Shown piece by piece: positions 8,158-18,141 of a stretch of 48,170 nt of DNA. The notes beneath the pieces were generated by a model that saw nothing but the letters and a program-made list of their open reading frames with translations, did no database searches and was not told the origin of the DNA. Position 1 is the first letter of the stretch. Every line of letters starts with the position of its first letter. Made by a program: the position numbers and the translations under genes. Source of the stretch: Ignavibacteriaceae bacterium (lineage in GTDB: Bacteria; Bacteroidota; Ignavibacteria; Ignavibacteriales; Ignavibacteriaceae); assembly GCA_036824595.1 (NCBI GenBank), contig DAISZW010000002.1:4154-52323 (forward strand), written 5' to 3'.

Positions 8158-9252
8158 TTATGCGGCGGGCATAAGTGAACTGAGCAGCACTTCCTTCTCT
8201 TTTCCTCTTAGTTCGATAGCTCCCAGATTTTTTGTCGAATAGTTTTTTAGATTAAGTTTCCCGAGTAAATCCGCCGATGCAATTACTTCTACATCAAATT
8301 CTTTGCATTTATCTCTGATTCTTGCTGTTGTATTCATTACATCCCCCGAGTATGTTATATCTCTTTTAATAATTCCGACTTCACCCACTACAACTTTCCC
8401 CAAGTGAATTCCGGCTTTGAATGAAGGGAAAATCCCGTAACGGTGAATATATTTCTCCTTCTTATTTTCAAGATTCCGTTTCATGTCGAAGAAACATTTC
8501 ACACACTGATTATTCTCAATTCCGTTTGCATACTTCCATGCAACAATTACTTCATCGCCTACATACTGGTATATCTCTCCGTTGTTATCCAGAACAGGAT
8601 TTGTTATATCGGCAAAAAAATCTTTTAAAAGCTCATGATATTTTTCATCGCCTAGTCTTTCTGCAATAGCTGTGGAAGAGTTAAGATCAATCGACATAAA
8701 AATCCTGTATTCTTCTTTGGGAGTATTGTATTTTCCCCGGATAATATTCCAGAATACACCGTACCCGAACTTACTGTTCATCTGCAGGAATAACTGGGTA
8801 ATGCCGACAACAATTGACCAGACGACGGCATTCTTAATTGTCCGTGCATTATCAAATAAAAAATTTTTAAAATCGGCCTGTATTACCTCTCCCAATGGTC
8901 TGCCCGATTTTAGCGGGATATAAATTAATCCTATAATAAATGCTATGAAGGCTATTATTAAAATGAATGACGTGGATACCGCCAAAATTGTATAACCGTA
9001 CGGTTTATCCTGATATTTTACATTAACAAAAAAGACTAAAAAGCTTCCTCCAAGCAGAGCACCCGTGAATGCTGCTCCTAGATTTATAATCAATGAGAAA
9101 AGAAATGAGTAATTAGCGGATGTTCCAAGGGAACTCTCCGTATGAAGTACAAGATAATCATAAACAGTTATTATGAAACCTACAACCAGCCAGATACATA
9201 TAATTACAAAGAGCTGATGCAGTTTCAGTGAAGTCCTTCTTTTTATTTTCAT
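8158..9252 (-). CDS. membrane-anchored class III adenylate/guanylate cyclase
   Basis: 364 aa. The N-terminal half has multiple hydrophobic helices. The C-terminal catalytic domain carries IFMSIDLNSSTAIAERLG, YQYVGDEVIVAW and GDVMNTTARI motifs. Confidence 0.85.
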   Translation of the reverse strand: MKIKRRTSLKLHQLFVIICIWLVVGFIITVYDYLVLHTESSLGTSANYSFLFSLIINLGAAFTGALLGGSFLVFFVNVKYQDKPYGYTILAVSTSFILIIAFIAFIIGLIYIPLKSGRPLGEVIQADFKNFLFDNARTIKNAVVWSIVVGITQLFLQMNSKFGYGVFWNIIRGKYNTPKEEYRIFMSIDLNSSTAIAERLGDEKYHELLKDFFADITNPVLDNNGEIYQYVGDEVIVAWKYANGIENNQCVKCFFDMKRNLENKKEKYIHRYGIFPSFKAGIHLGKVVVGEVGIIKRDITYSGDVMNTTARIRDKCKEFDVEVIASADLLGKLNLKNYSTKNLGAIELRGKEKEVLLSSLMPAA

Positions 9253-9436
9253 TTTTCGGATCCTTAAATTTCTCGTGAAGTTAATTGGTCAGCAAAAGTA
9301 AACAGGTCAGTTCATATAAAAGCAAACGGCGGGCGATGCGGTGTGATAACCAATATAACCGTGTTAAACTGCTTCCGGCTTTTTTTATATTCTTTTTTTA
9401 TAATATTTGTAATTAAATTTTCAATAAATAAAGCAC

Positions 9437-10327
9437 TTGAGAATTTTGGAAAGCATTAAAAATTTTTTTATTAAGATTAAGCAGTTTCTTGATTTCCCCG
9501 TTACTACAATCGGTGGAACAGAATTAACACTCTGGACAATAGTATATCTGTTCTTTCTCCTTTTTTTACTTTTTTATATAACCGGGAAAATCCGCAGATG
9601 GGTAATCTACAGGCTCCTTTCAAAAAGTAAAATTGATCTCGGTGTCAGGATTGCTGTTGGAACAATATTCCGGTATTTAATCCTGGTAATAGGATTTATA
9701 ATTGTACTTCAGACTGTCGGTATTGACTTAAGCACTCTTACAATTTTAGCCGGCGCATTAGGCGTTGGTATCGGCTTCGGGCTTCAGAATATAACTAATA
9801 ATTTTGTAAGTGGAATAATAATCTTATTCGAGCGCCCGATTAAAGTCGGTGACAGAATAGAAGTCGGGAGCATCCGCGGCGACGTTGTAAGAATTTCGAT
9901 GAGAGCAACTACAATTGTAACAAACGATAATATTTCTATAATAGTACCTAACTCCGAATTTATATCTTCTACAGTAATCAACTGGAGCCATATCGACCGG
10001 AATGTTAGATTAAATTTTCCGGTTTTTGTATCTTATAAAGCAGATCCTGAAGTTGTAAGAAAAACATTGCTTGAAGTAGCCGATGGAAACAGCGGCGTGC
10101 TTAAGGATCCAAAATCCGATGTTTTAATCGATAAATTCGGTGATAATTCAATCTCATTTAATTTAAGAGTATGGACCCGGGAATATATCAACAGGCCCGG
10201 AGTATTAAGAAGCCAGCTTTACTACGAAATTTTAAAAAAGTTCAAGCAGAATAATATTGAAATACCTTTTCCGCAAAGAGATATTCATATCCGCAGTGAT
10301 TCCGGTTTAAATAATTTACAAACATAA
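9437..10327 (+). CDS. mechanosensitive ion channel (MscS family)
   Basis: 296 aa with three N-terminal TM helices, then the MscS pore/beta-domain signature NFVSGIIILFERPIKVGDRIEV. The TTG start from the ORF track makes the start uncertain. Confidence 0.8.
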   Translation: MRILESIKNFFIKIKQFLDFPVTTIGGTELTLWTIVYLFFLLFLLFYITGKIRRWVIYRLLSKSKIDLGVRIAVGTIFRYLILVIGFIIVLQTVGIDLSTLTILAGALGVGIGFGLQNITNNFVSGIIILFERPIKVGDRIEVGSIRGDVVRISMRATTIVTNDNISIIVPNSEFISSTVINWSHIDRNVRLNFPVFVSYKADPEVVRKTLLEVADGNSGVLKDPKSDVLIDKFGDNSISFNLRVWTREYINRPGVLRSQLYYEILKKFKQNNIEIPFPQRDIHIRSDSGLNNLQT

Positions 10328-10335
10328 TTCCTCTA

Positions 10336-11793
10336 ATGATTTCCATTGAAAGCCTCTTACTCATTGGATCTTTGTTAATCCTGTTGTCTATTGGGATTGC
10401 AAAATTATTCGACAATTTAGGCGTACCCACCTTAATTATTTTTATTGGAATAGGAATGCTTGCCGGATCCGAAGGTCCCGGAGGAATTTATTTTGATGAC
10501 CCTGTCCTTTCCCAGTCAATCGGAATTATTGCTTTAATTTTTATCCTCTTTTCGGGCGGACTTGAAACGAAATGGTCTACGGTAAAAAAAGTTGTTGCAC
10601 CTGCGGCCTGGCTTGCTACGGTAGGCGTTTTTCTTACTGCTATTACTCTCGGATTTTTTATAGCATATATCTTTGATTTGTCTTTATTAACCGGCCTTTT
10701 GATTGCCTCCATTATATCTTCTACAGACGCCGCGGCAGTTTTTTCAATTTTAAGATCAAAAAATGTTAGCTTAAAAGGGGATATTCAGCCGCTCCTTGAA
10801 CTGGAATCGGGAAGTAATGATCCCATGGCTGTATTTCTTACTGTCGGGATTATCCAGCTGATTTTAATCCCGGAGAAAAACATTTTCGATATTGTGCTCC
10901 TGTTTTTTTTCCAGATGGGTATCGGTGCAATAATAGGTTTTGTCTCCGGAAAGTTAATTGTATATGTATTAAACATATTAAAATTCTCTTATGAAGGTAT
11001 TTATCCGGTGTTTATGCTTGCATTTATTGTAATGACTTTCAGCATAGCAGCATATTTAAACGGGAGCGGATTTCTTGCTGTTTATATTGTAGGCATAATG
11101 ACAGGGAATAGTTTATTCGTTCAAAAAAGAGGTACTATCAGATTTTTTGACGGCTTAGCATGGTTAAGCCAGATTGCTATGTTTGTGACATTGGGGCTAC
11201 TGGTTTTTCCGAGTCAGCTCAAAACAGTAATAGGAACTGGCCTCCTGATAGCAGCTTTTCTTATCTTTATTGCGAGACCGTTAAGCGTATTTGCCGTACT
11301 GACATTTTTTAAATTTAACTGGCGTGAGAAAGTTTTTATTTCATGGGTCGGCTTAAGAGGAGCTGTTCCTATTGTACTTGCAACTTTCCCATTAATATCC
11401 GGTATACAACAGGCTGATATTATTTTTAATATTGTATTTTTTATTGTTTTAACATCGGCAATCCTTCAAGGCTGGCTTTTACCTCCCATGGCAAAATTAT
11501 TAAATCTAAATGCTCCTTTAATAAAAAAACCGCAGTATCCGATCGAATTTAATGCAATGGATGGAACCGATACTGAACTTGTCGATTTCATAATCCCTTA
11601 TAATTCTAAAGCAGTTGGAAGAACTTTGGTTCAGATTGGTTTTCCGGATGACAGCAGGGTTGTATTAATCTGGAGAAATGAGAAGAGCATTGTTCCCAGC
11701 GGCGGTACGCTTCTCGAACCGGGCGATGCACTTTTAATATTGGTAAATAAGAGTAATATTGATAAGATTAGAGAAATTTTATCTGAGAGATAA
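10336..11793 (+). CDS. K+/H+ (cation:proton) antiporter, CPA1/NhaP2-type, with C-terminal TrkA_C domain
   Basis: 485 aa and polytopic. It has the LESGSNDPMAV motif and a C-terminal soluble regulatory domain (GRTLVQIGFPDDSRVVLIWRNEKSIVPSGGTLLEPGDALLIL). Confidence 0.8.
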   Translation: MISIESLLLIGSLLILLSIGIAKLFDNLGVPTLIIFIGIGMLAGSEGPGGIYFDDPVLSQSIGIIALIFILFSGGLETKWSTVKKVVAPAAWLATVGVFLTAITLGFFIAYIFDLSLLTGLLIASIISSTDAAAVFSILRSKNVSLKGDIQPLLELESGSNDPMAVFLTVGIIQLILIPEKNIFDIVLLFFFQMGIGAIIGFVSGKLIVYVLNILKFSYEGIYPVFMLAFIVMTFSIAAYLNGSGFLAVYIVGIMTGNSLFVQKRGTIRFFDGLAWLSQIAMFVTLGLLVFPSQLKTVIGTGLLIAAFLIFIARPLSVFAVLTFFKFNWREKVFISWVGLRGAVPIVLATFPLISGIQQADIIFNIVFFIVLTSAILQGWLLPPMAKLLNLNAPLIKKPQYPIEFNAMDGTDTELVDFIIPYNSKAVGRTLVQIGFPDDSRVVLIWRNEKSIVPSGGTLLEPGDALLILVNKSNIDKIREILSER

Positions 11794-11923
11794 ATCAAAA
11801 AAATTTAAGGTATATCAATTAATTAAATCTAAAAAAAACCTTCTTTTTGATCCATATCACAGTAAAAAATGATTGTTAATTCCGTAATTCAATAAATTAA
11901 ATTATTAAAAATCAGGGAACCGA

Positions 11924-12217
11924 ATGAAAGCTAAAGTTGTCATTTTAATGCTGCTACTATTTCTTTTTACGGTATTCATATACCAGAACGCTACAGAAAA
12001 TACCGGTATTATATTTTTTTTCTGGAGCATATATCTTCCAAAAATTGTACTGCTTGTATTAACATTGGTTTTAGGAGTGATAATTGGTTTAATCATTGCC
12101 ACTATGATTAATAGGAAGCAGGTGAGAAAAACAAAAGAAAAAGAAATGTTTGCCAAAGAAGCCGAAAAAATTGAATTGAAAAAAAAGGATGAGGATAAGA
12201 TAAATAATAAATTATAG
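11924..12217 (+). CDS. LapA-domain (DUF1049-like) small inner-membrane protein
   Basis: 97 aa with two TM helices ([44 protein letters not shown]) followed by a Lys/Glu-rich tail. Confidence 0.6.
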   Translation: MKAKVVILMLLLFLFTVFIYQNATENTGIIFFFWSIYLPKIVLLVLTLVLGVIIGLIIATMINRKQVRKTKEKEMFAKEAEKIELKKKDEDKINNKL

Positions 12218-12227
12218 GAGGCGATGT

Positions 12228-13091
12228 ATGAGTGAAATAAAAGAAAGAGGATATTCCAATCCCGATGTTCTTGTAACGACAGAATGGGTAGCAAATCATT
12301 TAAATGACAAAAGCATCCGGATTGTGGAATCAAATGAAGATCAGCTTCTCTATTCCACCGGCCATATACCTGGAGCAGTTCATGTAGATTGGACAAAAGA
12401 TCTGAATGACCAGATCCGAAGAGATTATCTTGATAAAAAAGGTTTTGAATCTTTGATGTCAAGGATCGGCGCAACTACCGGAACAACTGTTGTATTTTAC
12501 GGCGACAAAAATAACTGGTGGGCATGCTATGCTTATTGGGTATTTCAGCTCTTCGGGCATAAAAATGCAAAAATCATGGATGGGGGAAGAATAAAATGGG
12601 AAAAAGAAGGAAGAGAATTAACCAGGGACGTGCCTATTTTTACAAAGACGGCTTATACTTCACCGGAGCGGAATGATACAAAAGTGAGAGCCTTTAGAGA
12701 TCAGGTGCTTGAGCATGTAAAGAAAAGACTTCCCCTCGTGGATGTCAGATCGCCGCAGGAATACAGCGGTGAACGTCTTCATATGCCGGAATATCCTAAT
12801 GAAGGCGCGTTGAGGGGGGGACACATACCGGGCGCAAAAAATATTCCCTGGGCTAAGGCAGTTAATCCGGAAGATGGAACTTTTAAACCCGCAAGTGAAT
12901 TAAAGAAATTGTACCAGGAAGAAAATGACTTGAAACCGGGCGATAATATTATTGCGTACTGTCGGATTGGTGAAAGAAGCAGCCATACATGGTTTGTTTT
13001 AACTAATCTGCTCGGCTATAAAAATGTTAGAAATTATGATGGAAGCTGGACTGAGTGGGGAAATCTGGTCGGCGCTCCCATAGAAAAATAA
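12228..13091 (+). CDS. thiosulfate/3-mercaptopyruvate sulfurtransferase (tandem rhodanese domains)
   Basis: 287 aa with the active-site loop [13 protein letters not shown] (CRxGxR type). An AGGAGG Shine-Dalgarno sequence sits just upstream of the start codon (6-nt spacer). Confidence 0.85.
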   Translation: MSEIKERGYSNPDVLVTTEWVANHLNDKSIRIVESNEDQLLYSTGHIPGAVHVDWTKDLNDQIRRDYLDKKGFESLMSRIGATTGTTVVFYGDKNNWWACYAYWVFQLFGHKNAKIMDGGRIKWEKEGRELTRDVPIFTKTAYTSPERNDTKVRAFRDQVLEHVKKRLPLVDVRSPQEYSGERLHMPEYPNEGALRGGHIPGAKNIPWAKAVNPEDGTFKPASELKKLYQEENDLKPGDNIIAYCRIGERSSHTWFVLTNLLGYKNVRNYDGSWTEWGNLVGAPIEK

Positions 13092-13133
13092 TCGGGCACA
13101 ATAACTCTTAATAGTAATTTAACTAAGACATTT

Positions 13134-13574
13134 ATGAATAAGATTCCTCCCAAGTTGAAGGAACTCCTGGATTTATTTTCCCTGCTCTCTGCTGAACAGG
13201 AAAGAATAGATTTTTTAATAAGCTATTCGGATAAATTTAAGGAGAACCTCGAGTCGGTTGCACAACTGACGGAGGAAAATAATGTTCCGTTCTGCGAATC
13301 CGGTGTTTATGTATGGGCTAAGCAGCAGCCGGATAAAACTCTTAAACTTTACTTCGCGGTACAGAATCCGCAAGGTATCTCTGCTAAAGCGCTTACAGCA
13401 ATACTCGACCAGACAATTTCCGGCGAGAAACCTGAAGTAATAGTAAATATTCCCGACGATCTTGTATATAAGATTTTCGGGCAAAGTCTTTCGATGGGAA
13501 AAAATATGGGATTAAGCGGCATCGTTCAGATGGTAAAAAGGAAAGCCAAAGGATACTTAAAAGTTCAAGTGTAA
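13134..13574 (+). CDS. SufE-like sulfur acceptor protein
   Basis: 146 aa. The N-terminal RIDFLISYSDKF and a conserved Cys in FCESGVYVWA resemble the SufE/CsdE GCxSxVW region. A rhodanese gene is adjacent. Confidence 0.6.
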   Translation: MNKIPPKLKELLDLFSLLSAEQERIDFLISYSDKFKENLESVAQLTEENNVPFCESGVYVWAKQQPDKTLKLYFAVQNPQGISAKALTAILDQTISGEKPEVIVNIPDDLVYKIFGQSLSMGKNMGLSGIVQMVKRKAKGYLKVQV

Positions 13575-13657
13575 GTTAAAGTTCAAGAAAATCTCAAGTT
13601 CAGATTTCCGTGTTTTTGCTTAAACTTGATCTTGAACTTAAACTTGATCTTGAACTT
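13561..13657. repeat. extended imperfect hairpin; right arm is an 18-bp tandem duplication (CTTAAACTTGATCTTGAA x2, 13619-13654)
   Basis: Helical segments pair as follows: 13594-13600/13623-13629, 13579-13587/13631-13639, 13573-13577/13641-13645 and 13561-13569/13649-13657. That totals about 30 bp. The left arm overlaps the last codons and stop of the SufE-like gene. Confidence 0.7.
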
Positions 13658-13697
13658 TCCTCGGCAGTCTTCTTCCGGCTGTATACTCCCTGTTTCC

Positions 13698-13728
13698 TTG
13701 CTTATTGGTTAAAATTATATTATGTTTA
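13698..13728 (+). promoter_or_regulatory. candidate promoter for the rimP-nusA-infB operon
   Basis: TTGCTT-N17-TATGTT (13698-13726). TATGTTTA (13721-13728) also resembles the Bacteroidota-type -7 element TAnnTTTG. This is a pattern match only. Confidence 0.25.
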
Positions 13729-13740
13729 CCGCTGTTAGAG

Positions 13741-13766
13741 CGCCCTTTTAAGGGCGATTTTTGTTT
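13741..13766 (+). terminator. intrinsic terminator-like hairpin + T-tract immediately upstream of the rimP start codon
   Basis: CGCCC(TT)-TT-(AA)GGGCG is followed by ATTTTTGTTT. The rimP ATG is at 13769. Confidence 0.6.
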
Positions 13767-13768
13767 AT

Positions 13769-14227
13769 ATGAACCCGGTTGAAAAAAATATATCAAATAT
13801 TGCACAGGAATCAGCGGCAAAATATGGGTTTTTCCTAGTTGATCTCATCTTTCGAGGAAATGAAAAGAATAGAGTAATTGAGGTTTTTGTTGATGGTGAA
13901 GGTAATGTTTCAGCGGATAATTGTGCGCAAATCAGCAGGGATATTATTTCGGAGATAAATAAAATTCCGGAGTTTACCTCCAATTTTAGGCTAGATGTTT
14001 CCACTCCCGGTGTTGACAGACCCCTGAAGTTTTTAAAACAATTCCCGAAGCATATTGGAAGAAGATTCGAGATCGGTTTTCTGCAGAATGAACAGACCCT
14101 GCTGATTACCGGAAAATTATTAAGCATCAATAATGATGAACTCCTCTTTCTTACAGGAAAAAAAGAGGAGATACTGATTAAATTCGGCAGCATAATTAAA
14201 GCAAAAGTATTAATTAGTTTTTCTTAA
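13769..14227 (+). CDS. rimP: ribosome maturation factor RimP
   Basis: 152 aa. GFFLVDLIFRGNEKNRVIEVFVDGEGNVSADNCAQISRDI is the typical RimP N-domain. Its position directly upstream of nusA is conserved. Confidence 0.9.
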   Translation: MNPVEKNISNIAQESAAKYGFFLVDLIFRGNEKNRVIEVFVDGEGNVSADNCAQISRDIISEINKIPEFTSNFRLDVSTPGVDRPLKFLKQFPKHIGRRFEIGFLQNEQTLLITGKLLSINNDELLFLTGKKEEILIKFGSIIKAKVLISFS

Positions 14228-14244
14228 CGGAGGAAGAAAAGAAA

Positions 14245-15492
14245 ATGAATTTCGATATAAGCGAATCATTTGCGCAAATGGTAAGGGAAAAAGGGATTGA
14301 CAAAGACGTCCTCGGCGGAATTATTGAGGACATCTTCGGCATGCTCGTAAGAAAAAAATTCGGCGAGGATGCTAAATATGATGTGGTTGTTAATATGGAC
14401 CGCGGTGATATCGAAATTTTCCTGGAAAGACAGATAGTGGATGAAGTAAAAAATCCGAATACCGAGATAGGCATTAAGGAAGTCAATAAAAAAGGAAATG
14501 AAGATGAGCTCGATATCGGCGATGACTTTGTAGAAAAACTTGATCTTGCTTCTTTCGGCAGAAGATTAATAACACTTGCAAGGCAGAACTTAAACCAGAA
14601 GATACGCGAGATAGAAAAGGATATAGTTTTTAATGAGTATAAGGAGCTTCTTGGGGAAATAGTTGTGGGAGATATTTACCAGATTAGAAAGAACGATATA
14701 CTTGTAAATCATAATAAGAATGAATTAATTCTTCCGCGTCATGAACAGATTCCTTATGAGCGTTATAAAAAAGGTGAAACGATCAGAGGAATTGTAAAAG
14801 AAGTTAAAAAAGGAAACAGCGGTCCTTTAATCATTATTTCCCGCAGCGATAATATGTTTTTAAGAAGATTGTTTGAGATTGAAATTCCTGAAATCTATGA
14901 CGGAATAATAGAGATTAAAGCAATTGCCAGGGAACCTGGGGAAAGAGCTAAAATTGCAGTTGAATCACAGGATAAAAGAATAGATGCGGTCGGCGCCTGC
15001 GTAGGAATGAAAGGAGTAAGAATTCATGCAATTGTAAGAGAATTGAACAACGAAAATATAGATGTAATTAATTACTCCGAAGATCCATCAGTATTTATTC
15101 AGAGATCGCTTTCACCGGCAAAATTAAAGCATATCGAAGTTGACCAGATTCAAAAAAAGGCAGTGGTTACAGCAGACAGTGATCAGGTATCTCTTATAGT
15201 CGGCAGAAACGGCGTGAATATCAGACTGGCAATGAAGCTGACAAATTACGAAGTTGAAATTTTAAGAGAAGAAAAACCTTTTGAAGAATATGAAGAAGAT
15301 ATTGAACTTATAGATCTTAAAGAAGAACTTGGTACAGAGATTTACGAACTGCTGATCAATCACCGCTACGATACGGCTCTGGAAGTTTTAACGGCAGGAC
15401 CCGAAAAGCTTAAAGAAATCGAAGGGATTGATGAAGAAAAGATCAATGAAATACTTGAAATAATCAAAGCTCAGTTTGAAGAAGAAGAATAA
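14245..15492 (+). CDS. nusA: transcription termination/antitermination factor NusA
   Basis: 415 aa with an N-terminal domain, an S1 domain (GEIVVGDIYQIRKNDILV) and two KH domains (AVGACVGMKGVRIHAIVRELNNENIDVI). GGAGG lies upstream. Synteny is rimP-nusA-infB. Confidence 0.95.
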   Translation: MNFDISESFAQMVREKGIDKDVLGGIIEDIFGMLVRKKFGEDAKYDVVVNMDRGDIEIFLERQIVDEVKNPNTEIGIKEVNKKGNEDELDIGDDFVEKLDLASFGRRLITLARQNLNQKIREIEKDIVFNEYKELLGEIVVGDIYQIRKNDILVNHNKNELILPRHEQIPYERYKKGETIRGIVKEVKKGNSGPLIIISRSDNMFLRRLFEIEIPEIYDGIIEIKAIAREPGERAKIAVESQDKRIDAVGACVGMKGVRIHAIVRELNNENIDVINYSEDPSVFIQRSLSPAKLKHIEVDQIQKKAVVTADSDQVSLIVGRNGVNIRLAMKLTNYEVEILREEKPFEEYEEDIELIDLKEELGTEIYELLINHRYDTALEVLTAGPEKLKEIEGIDEEKINEILEIIKAQFEEEE

Positions 15493-15503
15493 TCAAAAAA
15501 TAT

Positions 15504-18074
15504 ATGGCCGAAACCAAAGAAAAAAAATTAAGAGTCTATAAACTGGCATCGGAATACAATCTTGCTGCCGAAAATATTTTGGAATTCCTCCAGAAGAAAG
15601 GACATGATGTAAAATCGCACATGTCTATTCTTTCTGATGAGATGATTACGGATATCAATAACCATTTCAAGAAAGATATTGAAAAGGCGGAGAAACATTA
15701 TAAAAAGCTTGCTGAATTCCATAAAAAAAGAGTCGAAAAAGAAGAGGAAGAGAAGGAAGAAGCTAAAGAATATAGGGCCGCCGAATCTGAACCGGCAGTA
15801 AAAGAGATTGAAATTTCGAAAAAGGAAGAGGCCGAAATCCCGGCTGAAGAAATTGAAAAAGCGGCTGAGCCTGAACTGGTCGAAACGGCGGTTTCTGCAG
15901 AACAGCCGGGAAAAATAGAGGAAACCGTTTCCGCAAAAGCTGCTCCCGCTCATGAAAAAGAAAGGAAAAAAGGGCTTACTGTAATTGGTAAAATGGATCT
16001 TGAGGAGCATGAAAAAGAGGGAGAACAGTTTGAACTGAAGGATAAAGTGGAAAAATCCGGGGATGCAATTAAAAAGAAAAAGAAGCCCAAAGCTAAGAAA
16101 AAGCCGGCTACCGAAACCACCGAAGATTTATTGTTAACCAAGAAAAAGAAAAGGGTTAAAAGATTCGAGATTGACCAGAAAGATGTAAAAGAAGCAATAA
16201 GGAAGACTCTCCTAAGCATGGATGATTCTTTATCATCCGTAAGAGCAAGCCACCGGAAGAAAAAAAGAAAAGAACGTGAGGCTGAGGAAGAAAGAAAACT
16301 GGTCGAAAAATCGTTAGAAAAGAATAAAATTAAAGTAACCGAATTCATCGCCGTAAACGAACTCGCAAACTTAATGGGTGTATCCGTTGCTGATGTAATT
16401 TCAAAATGCATAGAGCTCGGTTTGATGGTATCGATAAATCAAAGGCTTGATGTTGAAACAATTACACTGGTTGCCGATGAATTCGAATTTGAAGTTGAAT
16501 TTGAGAAAGAGTATACAGCCGAAGCCTTGGAGGATTTCCCTGATCCTCCCGAATCCATGCAGTTTAGACCTCCTGTGGTTACAATAATGGGACATGTCGA
16601 TCACGGTAAAACTTCTCTTCTGGATTATATAAGGAATACGAATGTCGTTGCGGGTGAATCAGGCGGAATTACGCAGCACATCGGAGCTTATAAAGTAGAT
16701 GTGGGAAACGGAAAATCAATTACATTTCTCGATACTCCGGGGCATGAAGCATTTACTGCAATGAGGGCACGCGGTGCACAGCTTACCGATATTGTAGTTC
16801 TTATAATTGCTGCCGATGATGCGGTAATGCCTCAGACAATTGAAGCTATCAATCACGCCCAGGCTGCAAGAGTACCGATTGTAATTGCAATAAATAAAAT
16901 TGACAAGCCTGGTGCAAATCCTGACAGAATAAAACAGCAGCTTGCAGATAGAAATATATTAGTGGAGGAATGGGGAGGAAAAAATCAATGCGTGGAAATT
17001 TCAGCTAAGTCGGGAAAAAATATCGACAATCTTTTGGAAGTTATACTGCTGGAAGCTGAGCTGCTTGATCTCAAAGCAAATTACAATCGTTCTCCGCGCG
17101 GAGTTGTGGTTGAATCGGAACTCGACAAAGGCAGGGGAATAACAGGAACCATACTTGTTCAAAAAGGAACTCTTAAAATAGGCGATCCTTTTGTTGCCGG
17201 AATTTATCACGGCAAAGTGCGTGCAATGTTCGATGAGAGAGGAAATAAATTAAATGAAGCACCTCCTTCAACTCCGGCATTGGTGATCGGCTTTGAAGGT
17301 TCTCCTCAGGCCGGGGATACATTTGTTGGAGTAGAATCTGAAAGGGACGCTAGAGTGATAAGCTTAAAACGGCAGCAGCTTAGAAGAGAACAGGAACAAA
17401 AACAGATTCATCATATTACTCTGGATGAAATAGCTGCTCAGATAAGCATCGGCGGAATTAAAGAATTGGCGCTCATTGTTAAAGGAGATGTGGACGGTTC
17501 CGTTGAAGCTTTATCCGATTCCTTAATGAAATTATCCAACCAGGAAGTTGTTGTAAGAGTAATTCATAAAGGAGTTGGGGGAATTTCGGAGAGTGATGTA
17601 CTCCTTGCATCGGCTTCGGATGCAATAATAATCGGATTCCATGTACGCCCGAATATAAATGCGAGGAAATTAGCCGAAACTCAGAAAGTCGATATTCGTT
17701 TATACAACGTTATTTATGATGCTATCAATGAAGTGAAATCTGCATTGGAAGGACTTCTTTCTCCCGTTATTTCGGAAGAGATTACCGCTACTCTTGAAGT
17801 CAGAGACACCTTCAAAGTGCCGAAATTCGGGACAATTGCAGGCTGTTATGTACAGGAAGGAAAAATCACAAGGAACAGCAAATTAAGATTAATCCGGGAC
17901 GGAATTGTTATCCATGAAGGAGAAATAGCATCACTCAAAAGATTCAAGGATGATGTCAGAGAAGTGGATGCCGGTTATGAATGCGGTTTGAACATAGCAA
18001 ATTTTAATGATATTAAACCCGGCGATATAATTGAATCTTACAAGATTGTTGAAACAAGAAAGAAGCTGGCATAA
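15504..18074 (+). CDS. infB: translation initiation factor IF-2
   Basis: 856 aa with a Lys/Glu-rich N-terminal region. GTPase motifs are GHVDHGKTS (G1), DTPGHEAF (G3) and NKID (G4). The C-terminal IF-2 domains are present. Confidence 0.97.
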   Translation: MAETKEKKLRVYKLASEYNLAAENILEFLQKKGHDVKSHMSILSDEMITDINNHFKKDIEKAEKHYKKLAEFHKKRVEKEEEEKEEAKEYRAAESEPAVKEIEISKKEEAEIPAEEIEKAAEPELVETAVSAEQPGKIEETVSAKAAPAHEKERKKGLTVIGKMDLEEHEKEGEQFELKDKVEKSGDAIKKKKKPKAKKKPATETTEDLLLTKKKKRVKRFEIDQKDVKEAIRKTLLSMDDSLSSVRASHRKKKRKEREAEEERKLVEKSLEKNKIKVTEFIAVNELANLMGVSVADVISKCIELGLMVSINQRLDVETITLVADEFEFEVEFEKEYTAEALEDFPDPPESMQFRPPVVTIMGHVDHGKTSLLDYIRNTNVVAGESGGITQHIGAYKVDVGNGKSITFLDTPGHEAFTAMRARGAQLTDIVVLIIAADDAVMPQTIEAINHAQAARVPIVIAINKIDKPGANPDRIKQQLADRNILVEEWGGKNQCVEISAKSGKNIDNLLEVILLEAELLDLKANYNRSPRGVVVESELDKGRGITGTILVQKGTLKIGDPFVAGIYHGKVRAMFDERGNKLNEAPPSTPALVIGFEGSPQAGDTFVGVESERDARVISLKRQQLRREQEQKQIHHITLDEIAAQISIGGIKELALIVKGDVDGSVEALSDSLMKLSNQEVVVRVIHKGVGGISESDVLLASASDAIIIGFHVRPNINARKLAETQKVDIRLYNVIYDAINEVKSALEGLLSPVISEEITATLEVRDTFKVPKFGTIAGCYVQEGKITRNSKLRLIRDGIVIHEGEIASLKRFKDDVREVDAGYECGLNIANFNDIKPGDIIESYKIVETRKKLA

Positions 18075-18141
18075 AGATTTTAGAGCTGAATTACCTGCGC
18101 TTGAATATTCTTTAAGTGCTTTACAGCGGAAAGGTTTGGAG

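Noticed and set aside
9253-9436. Replication origin at the strand-orientation switch (minus-strand genes to the left, about 35 kb of plus-strand genes to the right)
   Set aside because: The spacer is short and has no recognisable cluster of DnaA boxes (only a loose TGTGATAAC). There is no dnaA/dnaN nearby. Divergent promoters are sufficient explanation. Genome-wide GC skew would be needed to test it.
11905-12474. 189-aa minus-strand ORF overlapping the LapA-like and rhodanese genes
   Set aside because: It overlaps two plus-strand genes with recognisable domains and has no motif of its own. It is an AT-rich shadow frame.
13619-13654. CRISPR-like direct repeats
   Set aside because: There are only two directly abutting 18-bp copies with no spacers. 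This is a tandem duplication that forms one arm of a hairpin.
13575-13768. tRNA-fMet (metY-like) gene upstream of rimP, as in E. coli
   Set aside because: There is no cloverleaf-compatible GC-rich 75-nt segment. The spacer consists of the AAGTTCAAG-type repeats, a candidate promoter and a terminator.
13638-14193. Minus-strand ORFs 13638-13820 and 13765-14193
   Set aside because: One spans the repeat/terminator spacer and the other is antisense to rimP. Neither shows coding features.
15528-16411. Minus-strand ORFs 15528-16010 and 15950-16411
   Set aside because: They are antisense to the Lys/Glu-rich (GAA/AAG-rich) N-terminal region of infB, which yields Phe/Ser/Leu-rich stop-free antisense frames. 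This is not coding.
18031-18141. N-terminal extension of rbfA proposed by the ORF track
   Set aside because: The extension overlaps the infB 3' end and does not resemble RbfA. The ATG at 18142 gives the canonical-size protein.
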